A stretch of DNA of 45,015 nt, taken from an uncultured Thermotogae bacterium (GTDB lineage Bacteria; Bipolaricaulota; Bipolaricaulia; UBA7950; UBA9294). Positions within the stretch are counted from its first letter, which is position 1. Each line of letters starts with the position of its first letter. Of this stretch, positions 31,559 to 41,468 are shown piece after piece. A program made the translations under genes and the position numbers. Where the stretch lies: assembly GCA_964568045.1 (NCBI GenBank), contig CAZMOL010000003.1, positions 1-45,015 on the forward strand, in the 5' to 3' direction. Below the pieces are notes generated by a model. That model had not been told where the DNA came from, ran no database searches, and worked only from the letters and a program-made list of their open reading frames with translations.

Positions 31559-32493
31559 TGGCCGGTCTCCGGCGGCTGATAGAGGACCTCAAGCTGGCGC
31601 GGCAGAAGCTCGATGGTCAGCTTCCTACCCTCGGTACAGAGTGTTTCGCCGTCGGCGTGCCCGGGCAAAACGCCGTCCACAGCGGTCACGACCACGCGGC
31701 GCGTACGTCCTGTTCGTATCTCCGGCTGGGTGGCCTGTGTGCCTTTCATGAAATGCGGAATGAGTGTGAAGATGCGAACACGGCTCACCTGGTCTGCGAT
31801 GCAGAAGTCGAGCATGCCGTCATCGAGCTTCGCCTGCGGCGCCATCATGAACCCGCCGCCCACACGACGTCCGTTCATGACCGTGACCATCAGCGCCGCT
31901 TGGGTCGTCGTCTCTTCGTCCATGGTAATCTGTACGGTCGGTGCGCGGAAGTACAGGAAGACCGTCTTCAGTGTCGCCACGAAATAACCGAAGAAGCCGC
32001 GCAGCCGCTTCATCTTCTGCGCCACCAGGCCAACGACAGTATCGAACCCAATACCTATGCCGTTACCGAAGTAACGACCCTGGGGATAGTCGCCACCCAT
32101 GACTCGGCCGACGTCAACCCACCTCCGAGTGTCTTGCACAAGCACTCGACAGGCCGTTGCCAGATCGCGCGGAACACCCACCCCAAAGGCGAAGTCATTT
32201 CCTCGGCCGACACTCAACACTCCCATGGCGGCGCTTCCCACTCCCGCCTGTTTGGCCTGCATCAGGCCGTTTAGCACCTCGTTGGCCGTGCCATCCCCAC
32301 CCACTGCCACGACGACATCGAACGCATCGGCGACGGCCTGCTCGGCCAGTTGTGCTGCGTGCCAGGGTTCCTCAGTGCGCACGAGATCGAAATCGAGATC
32401 GTAGGCACGAAGTGTCTTTTCAATGAGGGGCACCGAACGTTCTGCGGTTCCTCGCCCGGCAGTCGGATTGACAATCAATTTGTATCTAGCCAT
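31555..32493 (-). CDS. Diacylglycerol kinase-family (YegS/DgkB-like) lipid kinase
   Basis: IVNPTAG, VGGDGT.NEV.NG, GRGNDFA, GIGFD, GGGF..AP.A..DDG.LD, DGE. Confidence 0.9.
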   Translation of the reverse strand: MARYKLIVNPTAGRGTAERSVPLIEKTLRAYDLDFDLVRTEEPWHAAQLAEQAVADAFDVVVAVGGDGTANEVLNGLMQAKQAGVGSAAMGVLSVGRGNDFAFGVGVPRDLATACRVLVQDTRRWVDVGRVMGGDYPQGRYFGNGIGIGFDTVVGLVAQKMKRLRGFFGYFVATLKTVFLYFRAPTVQITMDEETTTQAALMVTVMNGRRVGGGFMMAPQAKLDDGMLDFCIADQVSRVRIFTLIPHFMKGTQATQPEIRTGRTRRVVVTAVDGVLPGHADGETLCTEGRKLTIELLPRQLEVLYQPPETGQ

Positions 32494-32846
32494 TGAGGCG
32501 GGGCCTCCTCCCGTTCTAGTCAATGTATCCCAGGGCGCGCAGGAGTCTCATTGCCTCTGGGGTAACCCCAGTATATTGAGCTCTATCATGCCGGAGGGGG
32601 CCTGTTGCGTCAACTTGGGCATCTAGTCTTTGCTGCAGGCTCGCCCAAATCCTGGGTTGGCGTCGGCTCTATTGTGGATTTCAGCAGGATCAGCAGGACA
32701 CAACCAACCGCATTGCCCCAGAGAACAACGTTACAGCATACCTTCCTCACCAATAGGCAGCAACAGGGTACTCGCTATCGCCAAAACGCTGTTGGACAAA
32801 CAATGAGGCCGAGCGACGGATTGTCTACGGGGCGGCCAAGCGCAAT

Positions 32847-33608
32847 TCAGGGTCGGTTTGTCCGGAGCTGGCCAATCAGCCCATAGACCTGCTTGCAGTA
32901 CTGAGGAAACAGCAGCAGGTTGGCGTGCGCAGTACCTCGATCGACGGCCCGCACCACAGGATGTCCTGCATCATCACGGGTGTAGCGCACGAGGCCGGAC
33001 AGTCCAGACCACAGAGGCTCAAGAGCGTCTCTTAGCTCCTTGGGAAGAGAGAGTGCCACAAGTTCCTTTCTAACGATGTCAAAACGGTCCTTGACGCTTC
33101 CGGCCGCATCTTTGAGCGCTGCTTCGAATGCCTGTTTGCGAGACGGGTCGGCAACTGCCTCCAAGTAGGCGACGATCACCAGATCGAGGCATCGTTCGGC
33201 CGCCATCCCCAACATCCCCGCAGCCGCGATAAAGCGCCCCGCAAGGAACGAAAGCAGGCTCTCCCTCACGCTCTCCCGTACCACCTCATCCAGCGGATCG
33301 CTCACGTGCCGCTCCAGCCGCTCCAAGTACCCGTCGGGATCGTGGAGAACGAGCGCGTCCTCCTCAAGGCAGCGGGCTCCGTACTCCGTCACGTGTACAA
33401 ACGGCAGGTTGAGATTCAGTGAGTTCTTGCCGGGCGACAACACCCCTTGCAGGAGCAACTCCCAAAGGATCTCCTGCAGCATCAAGATGTCGTGCCGTTC
33501 GTATTCCGGGGCCAGACGCCTGATCTCGTGATCAATGGCGTGAAGATGCGTCTGTCCTTCGCGGCGCAGCACCTCGAGGACCAGAGGTCGTAGTTCCGCT
33601 TTGTCCAT
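32847..33608 (-). CDS. Hypothetical protein, probable winged-HTH plus HEPN-like domain
   Basis: ATG 33608 after GGAGG; helical C-domain with MLG.AAE and RDDAGH (RxxxxH) motifs. Confidence 0.65.
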   Translation of the reverse strand: MDKAELRPLVLEVLRREGQTHLHAIDHEIRRLAPEYERHDILMLQEILWELLLQGVLSPGKNSLNLNLPFVHVTEYGARCLEEDALVLHDPDGYLERLERHVSDPLDEVVRESVRESLLSFLAGRFIAAAGMLGMAAERCLDLVIVAYLEAVADPSRKQAFEAALKDAAGSVKDRFDIVRKELVALSLPKELRDALEPLWSGLSGLVRYTRDDAGHPVVRAVDRGTAHANLLLFPQYCKQVYGLIGQLRTNRP

Positions 33609-33812
33609 TATCCAGCCCTCCTTGCCCACACCGACAACTCAAACACATAGCATACCGATGCTGGCGCGCGTTTCACAAGCAACCGACGCTTTAGGGACAC
33701 GTGTTTCGCGTTCGCCGCTGCCCGGAAATCTATTGGCAGCCAGCTGCCTACACGTTGACGATGAACAGGAACCGCGGTACAAACAAGCCCATCGACCATC
33801 GGGGAGGTTGAC

Positions 33813-34871
33813 ATGGACGTGCACACCGTAGACATCGTGCTGGTGGGGGTAGGCAATCTGGGCCGGCGATTCACCCGGCTTCTGGCGGACAAGGCAGTTC
33901 ACCTGAAGTCCCGTTACGGCCTTGAGTTTCGGCTGGTTGGGGCAGCGGACTCGCGCGGCGTGGCCAGCGATCCGTCGGGCCTGGATCCCGAGACCATCGT
34001 TCGCATCAAGACCGCGGGGAAATCGGTCGGCGACTATCCCCGTGTTGGGAAGTTGCAGACTACGGCTCTCGAACTGGTTCGTGAGGTCGAGGCAGACCTC
34101 CTCTGTGAAGCGTCACCGGTGAATCTTCAGGCGGGGGGAGAGCCGGGGCTGTCGTGTATTCGCACTGCTCTTTCCAGAGGTATGCACGTGGTCACCCCCA
34201 ACAAAGGACCGATCGTGCTCGCCTACCGAGAATTGGTCAACCTGGCCGCAGCACACGGCGCCGCTCTTCGATTCGACGGAACGGTGGCGGGAGGCCTGCC
34301 CGCTCTCTACCTCGGGATGCGCGATCTGCGCGGCGCACGGATCAGCAAGATCGAGGCCGTGCCAAACATGGTTACCGGCTACGTCCTCGATCTACTTGCC
34401 GAGGGTATAAGCTGGGAGGACGCTCTCGCGCGTGCACGGGAAAGCGGACACCTCGAAGCCGATCCGAGCTGGGACGTTGACGGCTGGGACGCCACCGCCA
34501 AGCTGGTGATCCTCGCCAATGCCGTGCTCGACTATCCTGCACGGCTGGAGGACGTCCCCAGGGAGGGCATCACCGCGATCTCTGCGGAGAGCATTCGCGC
34601 AGAGGCCGAGCAGGGGAAGATCATTCGACTTCTCGCCGTCGCCGAGCAGACCGAGGATGGTGGCTATGCCCTGCGTGTGCGGCCGGAGGCCCTCCCAAAG
34701 ACGCATCCGCTGGGCCAACTCGGCCCGCACGAGCTGGGAGTGGTCTATCACACCGACATCTACGGAACGATCACCGCGATCATCGACGAGCCGACACCGC
34801 TTCCGTCGGCGGCAACAATGCTGCGCGACATCCTCGACATCTACGGTTCCCGAAGCGAATCGATGCGTTAG
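33813..34871 (+). CDS. hom: Homoserine dehydrogenase (no ACT domain)
   Basis: GVGNLG, HVVTPNKGP, TVAGGLP, EADPSWDVDGWDATAKLVILAN. Confidence 0.85.
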   Translation: MDVHTVDIVLVGVGNLGRRFTRLLADKAVHLKSRYGLEFRLVGAADSRGVASDPSGLDPETIVRIKTAGKSVGDYPRVGKLQTTALELVREVEADLLCEASPVNLQAGGEPGLSCIRTALSRGMHVVTPNKGPIVLAYRELVNLAAAHGAALRFDGTVAGGLPALYLGMRDLRGARISKIEAVPNMVTGYVLDLLAEGISWEDALARARESGHLEADPSWDVDGWDATAKLVILANAVLDYPARLEDVPREGITAISAESIRAEAEQGKIIRLLAVAEQTEDGGYALRVRPEALPKTHPLGQLGPHELGVVYHTDIYGTITAIIDEPTPLPSAATMLRDILDIYGSRSESMR

Positions 34872-36160
34872 GCCTCACCGTGCAGCATGTCCAACAGCCG
34901 CCCGAGGACGGCTTCGCCGTCTGAGCGCAGGCCGTTGTGCTCGTACTGGCTGGTCACCCACAGTTTGATCCCTCTTATGTTCTGTGCGGTCTCCTCGGAC
35001 TGGACGCGGTCGACGTACATGTCGTTGTAGTAGACCGCCGCTGCGCAGGGCACGGGGTTCTTCTGCAATGTGGACACGTCGTACAGCCGCGGCCAACCGG
35101 CGTAGGCAGCCAGGATCTCCGCGGCCTGCTTCAGTGGCTTCAGCGGTTCGTACTCGTCGAACATCCACGGATAGATCATCTCGCCGGTGAAGAGGACCGG
35201 CTTGCCCGGCGCAAGGTCGAACTCCGGGAACTCGGCCCGCACGCGCTGCGCCGACCAGTTGGACGCGTCCTGTTGACAGTAGATCGACTCATGGAGGATG
35301 GCGTAGATCGGGTTGGTGTCAAAGGATTGCGCCTTTTCAAAGCCGCGCAGGAAACCGTAGCTCAATTCACGGCCGGACGGGCCCTGCACGAACGCATCCT
35401 CGAGCAGGTAGTGTACCGGCTCAAACCCGTCACTGAAGCCAAACGAGAACCCCAACTGTTGAAATCGGCGTGAGGATAGACGCTCGCCATTGGGTAGGTG
35501 GACCTCGCGGCCGTCCAGATAGTCGACGATCTCGCGGGCGCGCTTCGCGTCTTCGGGATAGCGCTCGAAGTAGCGCCTGTTCTTCTCGAGCACGCGCGGG
35601 TAGGCCGCGCGATAGACATCGTCTGCCGGTCGCTCGATCGACGGCAATCCACCGGTGAACATCGCTTCTTTCAACCCCTCGGGGGCAAGTGACAAGTACG
35701 CCGTAAGGCAGAAGCCGCCGTAGCTCTGTCCCAGGCCGCTCCACGGCACATCCTTTCCCACCAGCTCTTTGCGGATCCACTCCGCATCCTGCACGATGGC
35801 ATCGGCGCGGAAGTGCTTGAGGTAATCGGCCTGGGCTTGTGGGTTTGGAAAACGGGCGAGCGTCTGGTGGGTCACTGGGGTGCTGCGCCCGGTGCCACGT
35901 TGATCGAGAAGCAGTACTCGGTACTCCTTCAGGGCGCGTTTCAGCCAGCCGCTTCTGGTGCCGGGGCGTGGCGATCCGAATCCTGGGCCGCCCTGAAAGA
36001 AGACGAGCCACGGCAGCTCATCTTTTTCCTTTTCAGGAACCACCACCTCGCGGGCAAAGACGCTGATCTTCTCGCCGTCTGGCTTGGCGTGGTCAAGCTG
36101 CACGGCAAATTCGTGGTCGGTCAGGACAAGGCCTGGCAGACGATGGGTGGTGATGCGCAT
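34868..36160 (-). CDS. pip: Proline iminopeptidase (alpha/beta hydrolase)
   Basis: QGGPG, DQRGTGRS, FRADAIV.DAE, GQSYGG nucleophile, FTGEM, DMYV, EHNGLR. Confidence 0.9.
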   Translation of the reverse strand: MRITTHRLPGLVLTDHEFAVQLDHAKPDGEKISVFAREVVVPEKEKDELPWLVFFQGGPGFGSPRPGTRSGWLKRALKEYRVLLLDQRGTGRSTPVTHQTLARFPNPQAQADYLKHFRADAIVQDAEWIRKELVGKDVPWSGLGQSYGGFCLTAYLSLAPEGLKEAMFTGGLPSIERPADDVYRAAYPRVLEKNRRYFERYPEDAKRAREIVDYLDGREVHLPNGERLSSRRFQQLGFSFGFSDGFEPVHYLLEDAFVQGPSGRELSYGFLRGFEKAQSFDTNPIYAILHESIYCQQDASNWSAQRVRAEFPEFDLAPGKPVLFTGEMIYPWMFDEYEPLKPLKQAAEILAAYAGWPRLYDVSTLQKNPVPCAAAVYYNDMYVDRVQSEETAQNIRGIKLWVTSQYEHNGLRSDGEAVLGRLLDMLHGEA

Positions 36161-36439
36161 GGTGTTTCCTCCTTGACTTGTGTGTTCGATTCAAAGGCTG
36201 TTGCCATGACAGCCACACGACCTAGCATACCCACGAGCTGGAAGCTTAACAAACTCCTCGTCCTCAGTTGTCTAAATCAATCTGCATCCAATTCGCCGTG
36301 CGCTTCTTCCGCTGGGAATAGGGCATCTATAGCTGCAGAACTGAACCTCGTCGTCAACCTGCTGTAACCTATGGTGACAACAACGCCGAGAGTCTGTCCA
36401 ATGAGAGGGAATTCGTTGAGGCGATTCAGTATCATGTAG

Positions 36440-36538
36440 AAGAGAAAGGACGTTGGAGAACTTATTACAGAAACATCTACTGTCTTCATCAGCTACAGCC
36501 ACAGGGACGAAGAGTGGAAGGACCGTCTGCGGCCGTAG
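36440..36538 (+). pseudogene. TIR-domain gene remnant
   Basis: Frame reads ...TSTVFISYSHRDEEWKDRLRP then TAG (36536-38); VFISYSH.D..W is the TIR first-strand motif; no ATG start and no continuation. Confidence 0.6.
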
Positions 36539-36760
36539 CACGACATGCGATCACCGAGGCTAAACGAAGCAAGTGGGTTGCAGAAGCAGACGTCGAGTTC
36601 CAGAGCCAAGCGATTCAACTGACTTTGAGAACATCACCAACCAAAGCTGCAGAACACCTGAGCGTTAAGTGGAAAAACTCATATACAACCGGTGATAATT
36701 CTGTGATTTGCCTGATTAATGAATCGGATGTTATAGTGATGCGCGTTTTCGAGGTTAGTG

Positions 36761-38932
36761 ATGTATGCGCATACACCAAATGATGATGGCGAATGGCACG
36801 ACCTCAAAGCACATCTTGAGGCTGTGGCCGAGCGGGCGAGGGAGTTCGCTGCTTCTTTCGGTGCGGGAGATGTAGCGTATCTTGCTGGTCTTCTTCATGA
36901 CGTTGGCAAGTTCAGTTCGACATTCCAGGCATATCTCCGCGCTTGTCATGAAGCAAAGATGCGCAATCTTCCGGGACCTCACCGTGGACCAGACCATTCC
37001 AGTGCGGGTTCAGTTGTTGCTCAGGTAGCATGGAAGAACGAGGACAATGAACTGTCTTTTGGTAACACAATCGCCTGGCCAATCGCCGCACACCACGCCG
37101 GGCTGTCTGATCTGGCGGCTCTTGAGGAGCGGCTTGTTCGTATGGCCAAAGACCCATTGGTTGCAGAAGCTGTGAAGACAGCCGCCAACAGCATGCCGGG
37201 ACTTCAAGCTCTTCGTCAAAGCAAGCCAGAACGTGCCAACCTATCTGGAGTGCTGGCGCAAGAATTCTTCGTCCGAATGCTCCTGAGCACGCTTGTGGAT
37301 GCAGATCGGCTTGACACAGAAGCTTGGCGCGAACCTCGAAAGGCTGAAAAACGCCTCAGAGAAGTACCATCGATGTCAGCGCTGCGCCATCTTGTCAATT
37401 CTAAACAGACGGAGTTGGTGGCGGAAGCGAAACCCACAGAGATAAACCAAGCTCGGCAGGAGATCTACCTCAATGTCCTGAGGCACACAACTGAGGAGCA
37501 AGGATTCTTCCGATTGAGCGTTCCTACAGGGGGAGGGAAGACGCGCACATCGCTGAGCTTTGCCGTACACCATGCTGAATTCCATGGGCTCAGGCGGATT
37601 GTGTTTGCCTTGCCGTACATGACCATCACGGAACAGGTGGCAAACGAACTGCGCGATGTTGTCGGATCGGACGTTGTTCTTGAACATCACTCGGGAATCG
37701 AAGTCGAAGAGGATGAGGATTGGCAGAGAAGTTGGGCGTACCTAGCTACCGAGAACTGGGACGCACCGATTATAGTCACAACAACCGTTCAGCTCTTCGA
37801 GAGCCTGTTCAGTAACAGGCCTGGTAAGCTTCGAAAGGTCCATCGCCTTGCCGAAGCTGTAATCGTTCTTGACGAGGCGCAAACCCTACCCATCCCATTG
37901 CTCGATCCCATTCTCGACGTCCTCAGTGAATTGGTGCAGCGGTACAACGTGAGCGTGGTGCTCTCGACGGCGACGCAGCCAGCACTGGATGAACAACTGG
38001 GTTTCCCAAGCTTGGCGAACATAAGAGAGCTTGTCCCAGAACCGGACCGTTACTTCCGCAGCCTTAAGCGCGTGCGCTATGAGAACACAACGGAGGTTGC
38101 GTGGAGTTGGGACCGCGTTGCTCAAGAGATGCGAAGGGCGGGTCAAGTTCTATGTGTCGTGAACACGAAAAACCACGCCCGCCAGCTGTTTCAGACCCTG
38201 GATGATGAGACTGCCGTGCATCTCTCCACGAACATGTGCCCTGCGCACCGCCGCGAAAGGTTTAATGACATTGGTAGACGTCTGAAAAATGGTATCCCGT
38301 GTCGAGTCGTCTCTACTCAACTCATAGAAGCTGGGGTTGATTTGAATTTTCCCGTTGTGATGCGGGCCTTGGGCCCTTTGGATTCAATTGTTCAGGCAGC
38401 AGGCCGATGCAACCGGGAAGGAACTCTACCTGAATTAGGAAGGGTCATAGTCTTCAAGCCAGAGGAGCACACGCTCCCCGAAGGGGTGTACAAAGTGGCC
38501 GCACAGCTCGGGGAGAGCCTTCTGCAGCAAGGGGTGGATTTGGATGAACCGGCTACATTTGGGAGGTACTTCGGAGAGCTGTACCGCACCCTGTTAGAGC
38601 GTGATGCCCACGGCATTCAAGCACTAAGAGAGCGCCTCAATTATCCGGCAGTAGCGGAGCAATTCCGGATGATCGCAGACAACACAGTGCCGGTGGTCAT
38701 TCGATCCTACATGTCTGAGAAAGCCAAGCAAGCCCTCAAAAGTGGGATCACTCGGGGGACCATGCGGGTCCTGCAACCCTCCCTTGTCACGATCTATGAA
38801 CGAAACATGGCGAGTTATGAGCAAGAAGGGCTGATTACTCCTATAGAGGACGGCCTTTGGGAATGGACAGGGATCTATGACCCCAACCTGGGGATTATCG
38901 CACAACGTAACGTAGAGCAGTACGTGACTTAG
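36761..38932 (+). CDS. cas3: CRISPR-associated HD nuclease/helicase Cas3
   Basis: YAH...L..HL, LHDVGK (HD), PTGGGKT, DEAQ, STATQP, QAAGRCNREG. Confidence 0.96.
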   Translation: MYAHTPNDDGEWHDLKAHLEAVAERAREFAASFGAGDVAYLAGLLHDVGKFSSTFQAYLRACHEAKMRNLPGPHRGPDHSSAGSVVAQVAWKNEDNELSFGNTIAWPIAAHHAGLSDLAALEERLVRMAKDPLVAEAVKTAANSMPGLQALRQSKPERANLSGVLAQEFFVRMLLSTLVDADRLDTEAWREPRKAEKRLREVPSMSALRHLVNSKQTELVAEAKPTEINQARQEIYLNVLRHTTEEQGFFRLSVPTGGGKTRTSLSFAVHHAEFHGLRRIVFALPYMTITEQVANELRDVVGSDVVLEHHSGIEVEEDEDWQRSWAYLATENWDAPIIVTTTVQLFESLFSNRPGKLRKVHRLAEAVIVLDEAQTLPIPLLDPILDVLSELVQRYNVSVVLSTATQPALDEQLGFPSLANIRELVPEPDRYFRSLKRVRYENTTEVAWSWDRVAQEMRRAGQVLCVVNTKNHARQLFQTLDDETAVHLSTNMCPAHRRERFNDIGRRLKNGIPCRVVSTQLIEAGVDLNFPVVMRALGPLDSIVQAAGRCNREGTLPELGRVIVFKPEEHTLPEGVYKVAAQLGESLLQQGVDLDEPATFGRYFGELYRTLLERDAHGIQALRERLNYPAVAEQFRMIADNTVPVVIRSYMSEKAKQALKSGITRGTMRVLQPSLVTIYERNMASYEQEGLITPIEDGLWEWTGIYDPNLGIIAQRNVEQYVT

Positions 38933-38957
38933 CCCAACGCTTTAGAAGGAGGTGCTT

Positions 38958-39653
38958 ATGGTCGAAGTCAAAGTGTGGGGGGACTTTGCCTGTTTCACTC
39001 GTCCCGAAAACAAGGCCGAACGTGTCACCTACGACATCATGACGCCGTCGGCCGCACGAGGAGTCCTTGAGGCTATTTTCTGGAAACCGGAATTTCAGTG
39101 GCGCATCCGAGAGATCTGGGTATTGAAGCCAATTCAGCATCTCTCGATACTGCGTAATGAAGTTGGGAATGCCCAATCGATACAGTCAGCATACAATTGG
39201 CAGGAAAGCGACGGACACTATTATGCAGACAACGACCAAGCCCGTGTTCAACGCCATTCTCTCGTGCTGCGAGATGTGGCGTATCTTATCCGAGCCGAGA
39301 TGCAACTTAAGCCGCACGCCAGCGACCCCGTGTACAAGTACCAAGACCAATTTCGCCGTCGCATAAAACGTGGACAATGCCACCATACGCCTTATCTAGG
39401 TACCCGCGAGTTCAGCGCATATTTTGCCCCTCCGGACGGCTCTGAGAAACCGATCACGAGAAGTGACGATCTTGGACGCATCCTGTTCGACATCACGTAT
39501 GTTGCAGAAAAAGGTGGCCCCGTAATCTTTCGACAGCATGATGCCAATGGAGTCAGGTGGATAGAGGGGTGGGGACGTCCCATTTTTTCCCCTGCTCAGC
39601 TGGATCACGGTGTGCTGCATGTCCCGTTAGAACTCTATGAGGAGATGAACTGA
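38958..39653 (+). CDS. cas5: Type I-C Cas5 (Cas5c/Cas5d)
   Basis: VWGDFACFTRPE.K.ERVTY..MTPSAARG.LEAIFWKP, PYLGTREF. Confidence 0.95.
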   Translation: MVEVKVWGDFACFTRPENKAERVTYDIMTPSAARGVLEAIFWKPEFQWRIREIWVLKPIQHLSILRNEVGNAQSIQSAYNWQESDGHYYADNDQARVQRHSLVLRDVAYLIRAEMQLKPHASDPVYKYQDQFRRRIKRGQCHHTPYLGTREFSAYFAPPDGSEKPITRSDDLGRILFDITYVAEKGGPVIFRQHDANGVRWIEGWGRPIFSPAQLDHGVLHVPLELYEEMN

Positions 39654-41428
39654 TGCTTCTGAGGCAATTGGTGGAATATGCAGAGCGGCTTGAGCGCGAA
39701 CAGCCAGAAAAGGTCCTTCCTCGACGCTACCAGGAAGTAGGAATCCGTTGGATTATTGCCTTGGACAAAAAGGGGCGGAGTAAGGGCAAGCCAATGCGCA
39801 CCTCGAATGGCTTAGAAGGGAGGAAAGAAGGTCCAAAACGTTTTATGGCGCCGGATTTGGTCAGATCCTCTGGTGTCAGGGCGAAACTGTTGGCCGATAA
39901 TGGCGAGTATGTCTTCGGTCTTGCAGGCGAAGGCGCAGATCCCAAGAGAATTGCAGAACGACATCAAGCATTCAAGGATGCGGTCCGAGCGTGTGCTGAA
40001 GAGACTGATCTGGCGGAAGTGATCGCGGTGGCACGCTTTCTTGAAACCCTCGATGTCAAATCCCTTGCCTTGCCTGACGAAGTGGATTCTCGCGATGTCT
40101 TCACTTTTTCCGTGGGCGGCGTCATGCCGATAGATCTACCCGCGGTTCGTTCCTACTGGGCAAAGCACGCTGGCGATACTCCTATAAGTAAACAAGGGAA
40201 AGAGACGTTCGAGGCAGAGTGCCTCATCTCGGGTGAGTACGGTCCGGTCATGGACCGCGAACCGGTCAAGATCAAGGGCATCCCCGGTGGACAATCAAGC
40301 GGCACGAATATGATTTCCGCAAATCAGCGTTCGTTCGAATCATACGGCTTATCAGCCTCACATGTCGCTCCAGTAAAGCTTGAGTACGCTGAGAAGTATG
40401 CCAATGCGCTCAACGACCTACTTAGGAATGATCACACGCATCTGCGCGTAGGTCCGGTTGTGTACGTGTTCTGGACAAAAAACGCCCTGCCTCTCCCGAT
40501 TGTGGAATCTCTCAGCAAACCGGAGAAAGAGAATCCTTTGCTTGCTGCCTTGTTTGCTGGAAAAGCCGTCGAACTGAAGGCAAGCGACCGTCCCGAGCAA
40601 GTAAAGAAAAGCCTTGTCTCTCCGTGGGCTGGTCGAGAATTCGAATCAATCCGTGACAACGCTTTCTACGCGCTCAGTCTCTCTGCTAACGGGGGGCGTG
40701 CAGTTGTGCGCGATCAGCTGACATCGACTGTGAGAGACGTACGCGACAAACTGAGAGCTTACTTCACCGCACAGCAAATGGTCGACAACGCAGGCCAACC
40801 CGGAAAACCTTTGGGGATTTACACCTTGGCAGCAGGGTTATACCGCGATGCGAATAAGGAGATGGCCCCCGGAGTTCCTGTGAGCCTTCTTTCATTTGCC
40901 CTCCGTGGGAAGCCGTTGCCGTTTGCATTCCTGCAACAACTGGTCCGGCGGAATTGTATGGAACGACGTGTGACCCGTCCGCGGGCGGTTTTAGCCAAGA
41001 TGGTGTTGTTATCAAGCGGAAAGGAGATGAGTAGCATGGAAAAGCTTAAAACAACGAGGCCCGAAACGGCGTACCACTTGGGACGATTGCTAGCCGTGTT
41101 TGAGAGCATCCAAAGGAAAGCGCAACCGGGGATCAACACAACGCTGGTCGACCGTTTCTACGGTTCGGCAAGTACGACCCCTGCGTTGGTATTCGGACGC
41201 CTTATATCTGGGATCCAGAATAACCTCGCGAAGTTAAGGAAGAGCAATCCCGGGCTTTGTACCATCCTTGAAAAGGAACTGCAGGAGATCACCGCTTCCA
41301 TTGAAAGATTCCCCAAAGTGTTGAAAGTAGAAGAGCAAGCCTTGTTCGGATTGGGTTACTTTCACGAACAAGCCAATCAGCGGGAAAAGATCAAGGCACG
41401 CTCGAAACGAACTCAAGCGAGCGACTAA
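39653..41428 (+). CDS. cas8c: Type I-C Cas8c (Csd1)
   Basis: RSSG....LLADN..Y, CLISG, S.N..SFESYG, LS.NGGR.VVR, AY.LGRL.AV.E..Q, F.LGY.H. Confidence 0.92.
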   Translation: MLLRQLVEYAERLEREQPEKVLPRRYQEVGIRWIIALDKKGRSKGKPMRTSNGLEGRKEGPKRFMAPDLVRSSGVRAKLLADNGEYVFGLAGEGADPKRIAERHQAFKDAVRACAEETDLAEVIAVARFLETLDVKSLALPDEVDSRDVFTFSVGGVMPIDLPAVRSYWAKHAGDTPISKQGKETFEAECLISGEYGPVMDREPVKIKGIPGGQSSGTNMISANQRSFESYGLSASHVAPVKLEYAEKYANALNDLLRNDHTHLRVGPVVYVFWTKNALPLPIVESLSKPEKENPLLAALFAGKAVELKASDRPEQVKKSLVSPWAGREFESIRDNAFYALSLSANGGRAVVRDQLTSTVRDVRDKLRAYFTAQQMVDNAGQPGKPLGIYTLAAGLYRDANKEMAPGVPVSLLSFALRGKPLPFAFLQQLVRRNCMERRVTRPRAVLAKMVLLSSGKEMSSMEKLKTTRPETAYHLGRLLAVFESIQRKAQPGINTTLVDRFYGSASTTPALVFGRLISGIQNNLAKLRKSNPGLCTILEKELQEITASIERFPKVLKVEEQALFGLGYFHEQANQREKIKARSKRTQASD

Positions 41429-41468
41429 CGGATACTAAAGAAGACTAAAAGGGATAAGGAGGAGGAAG

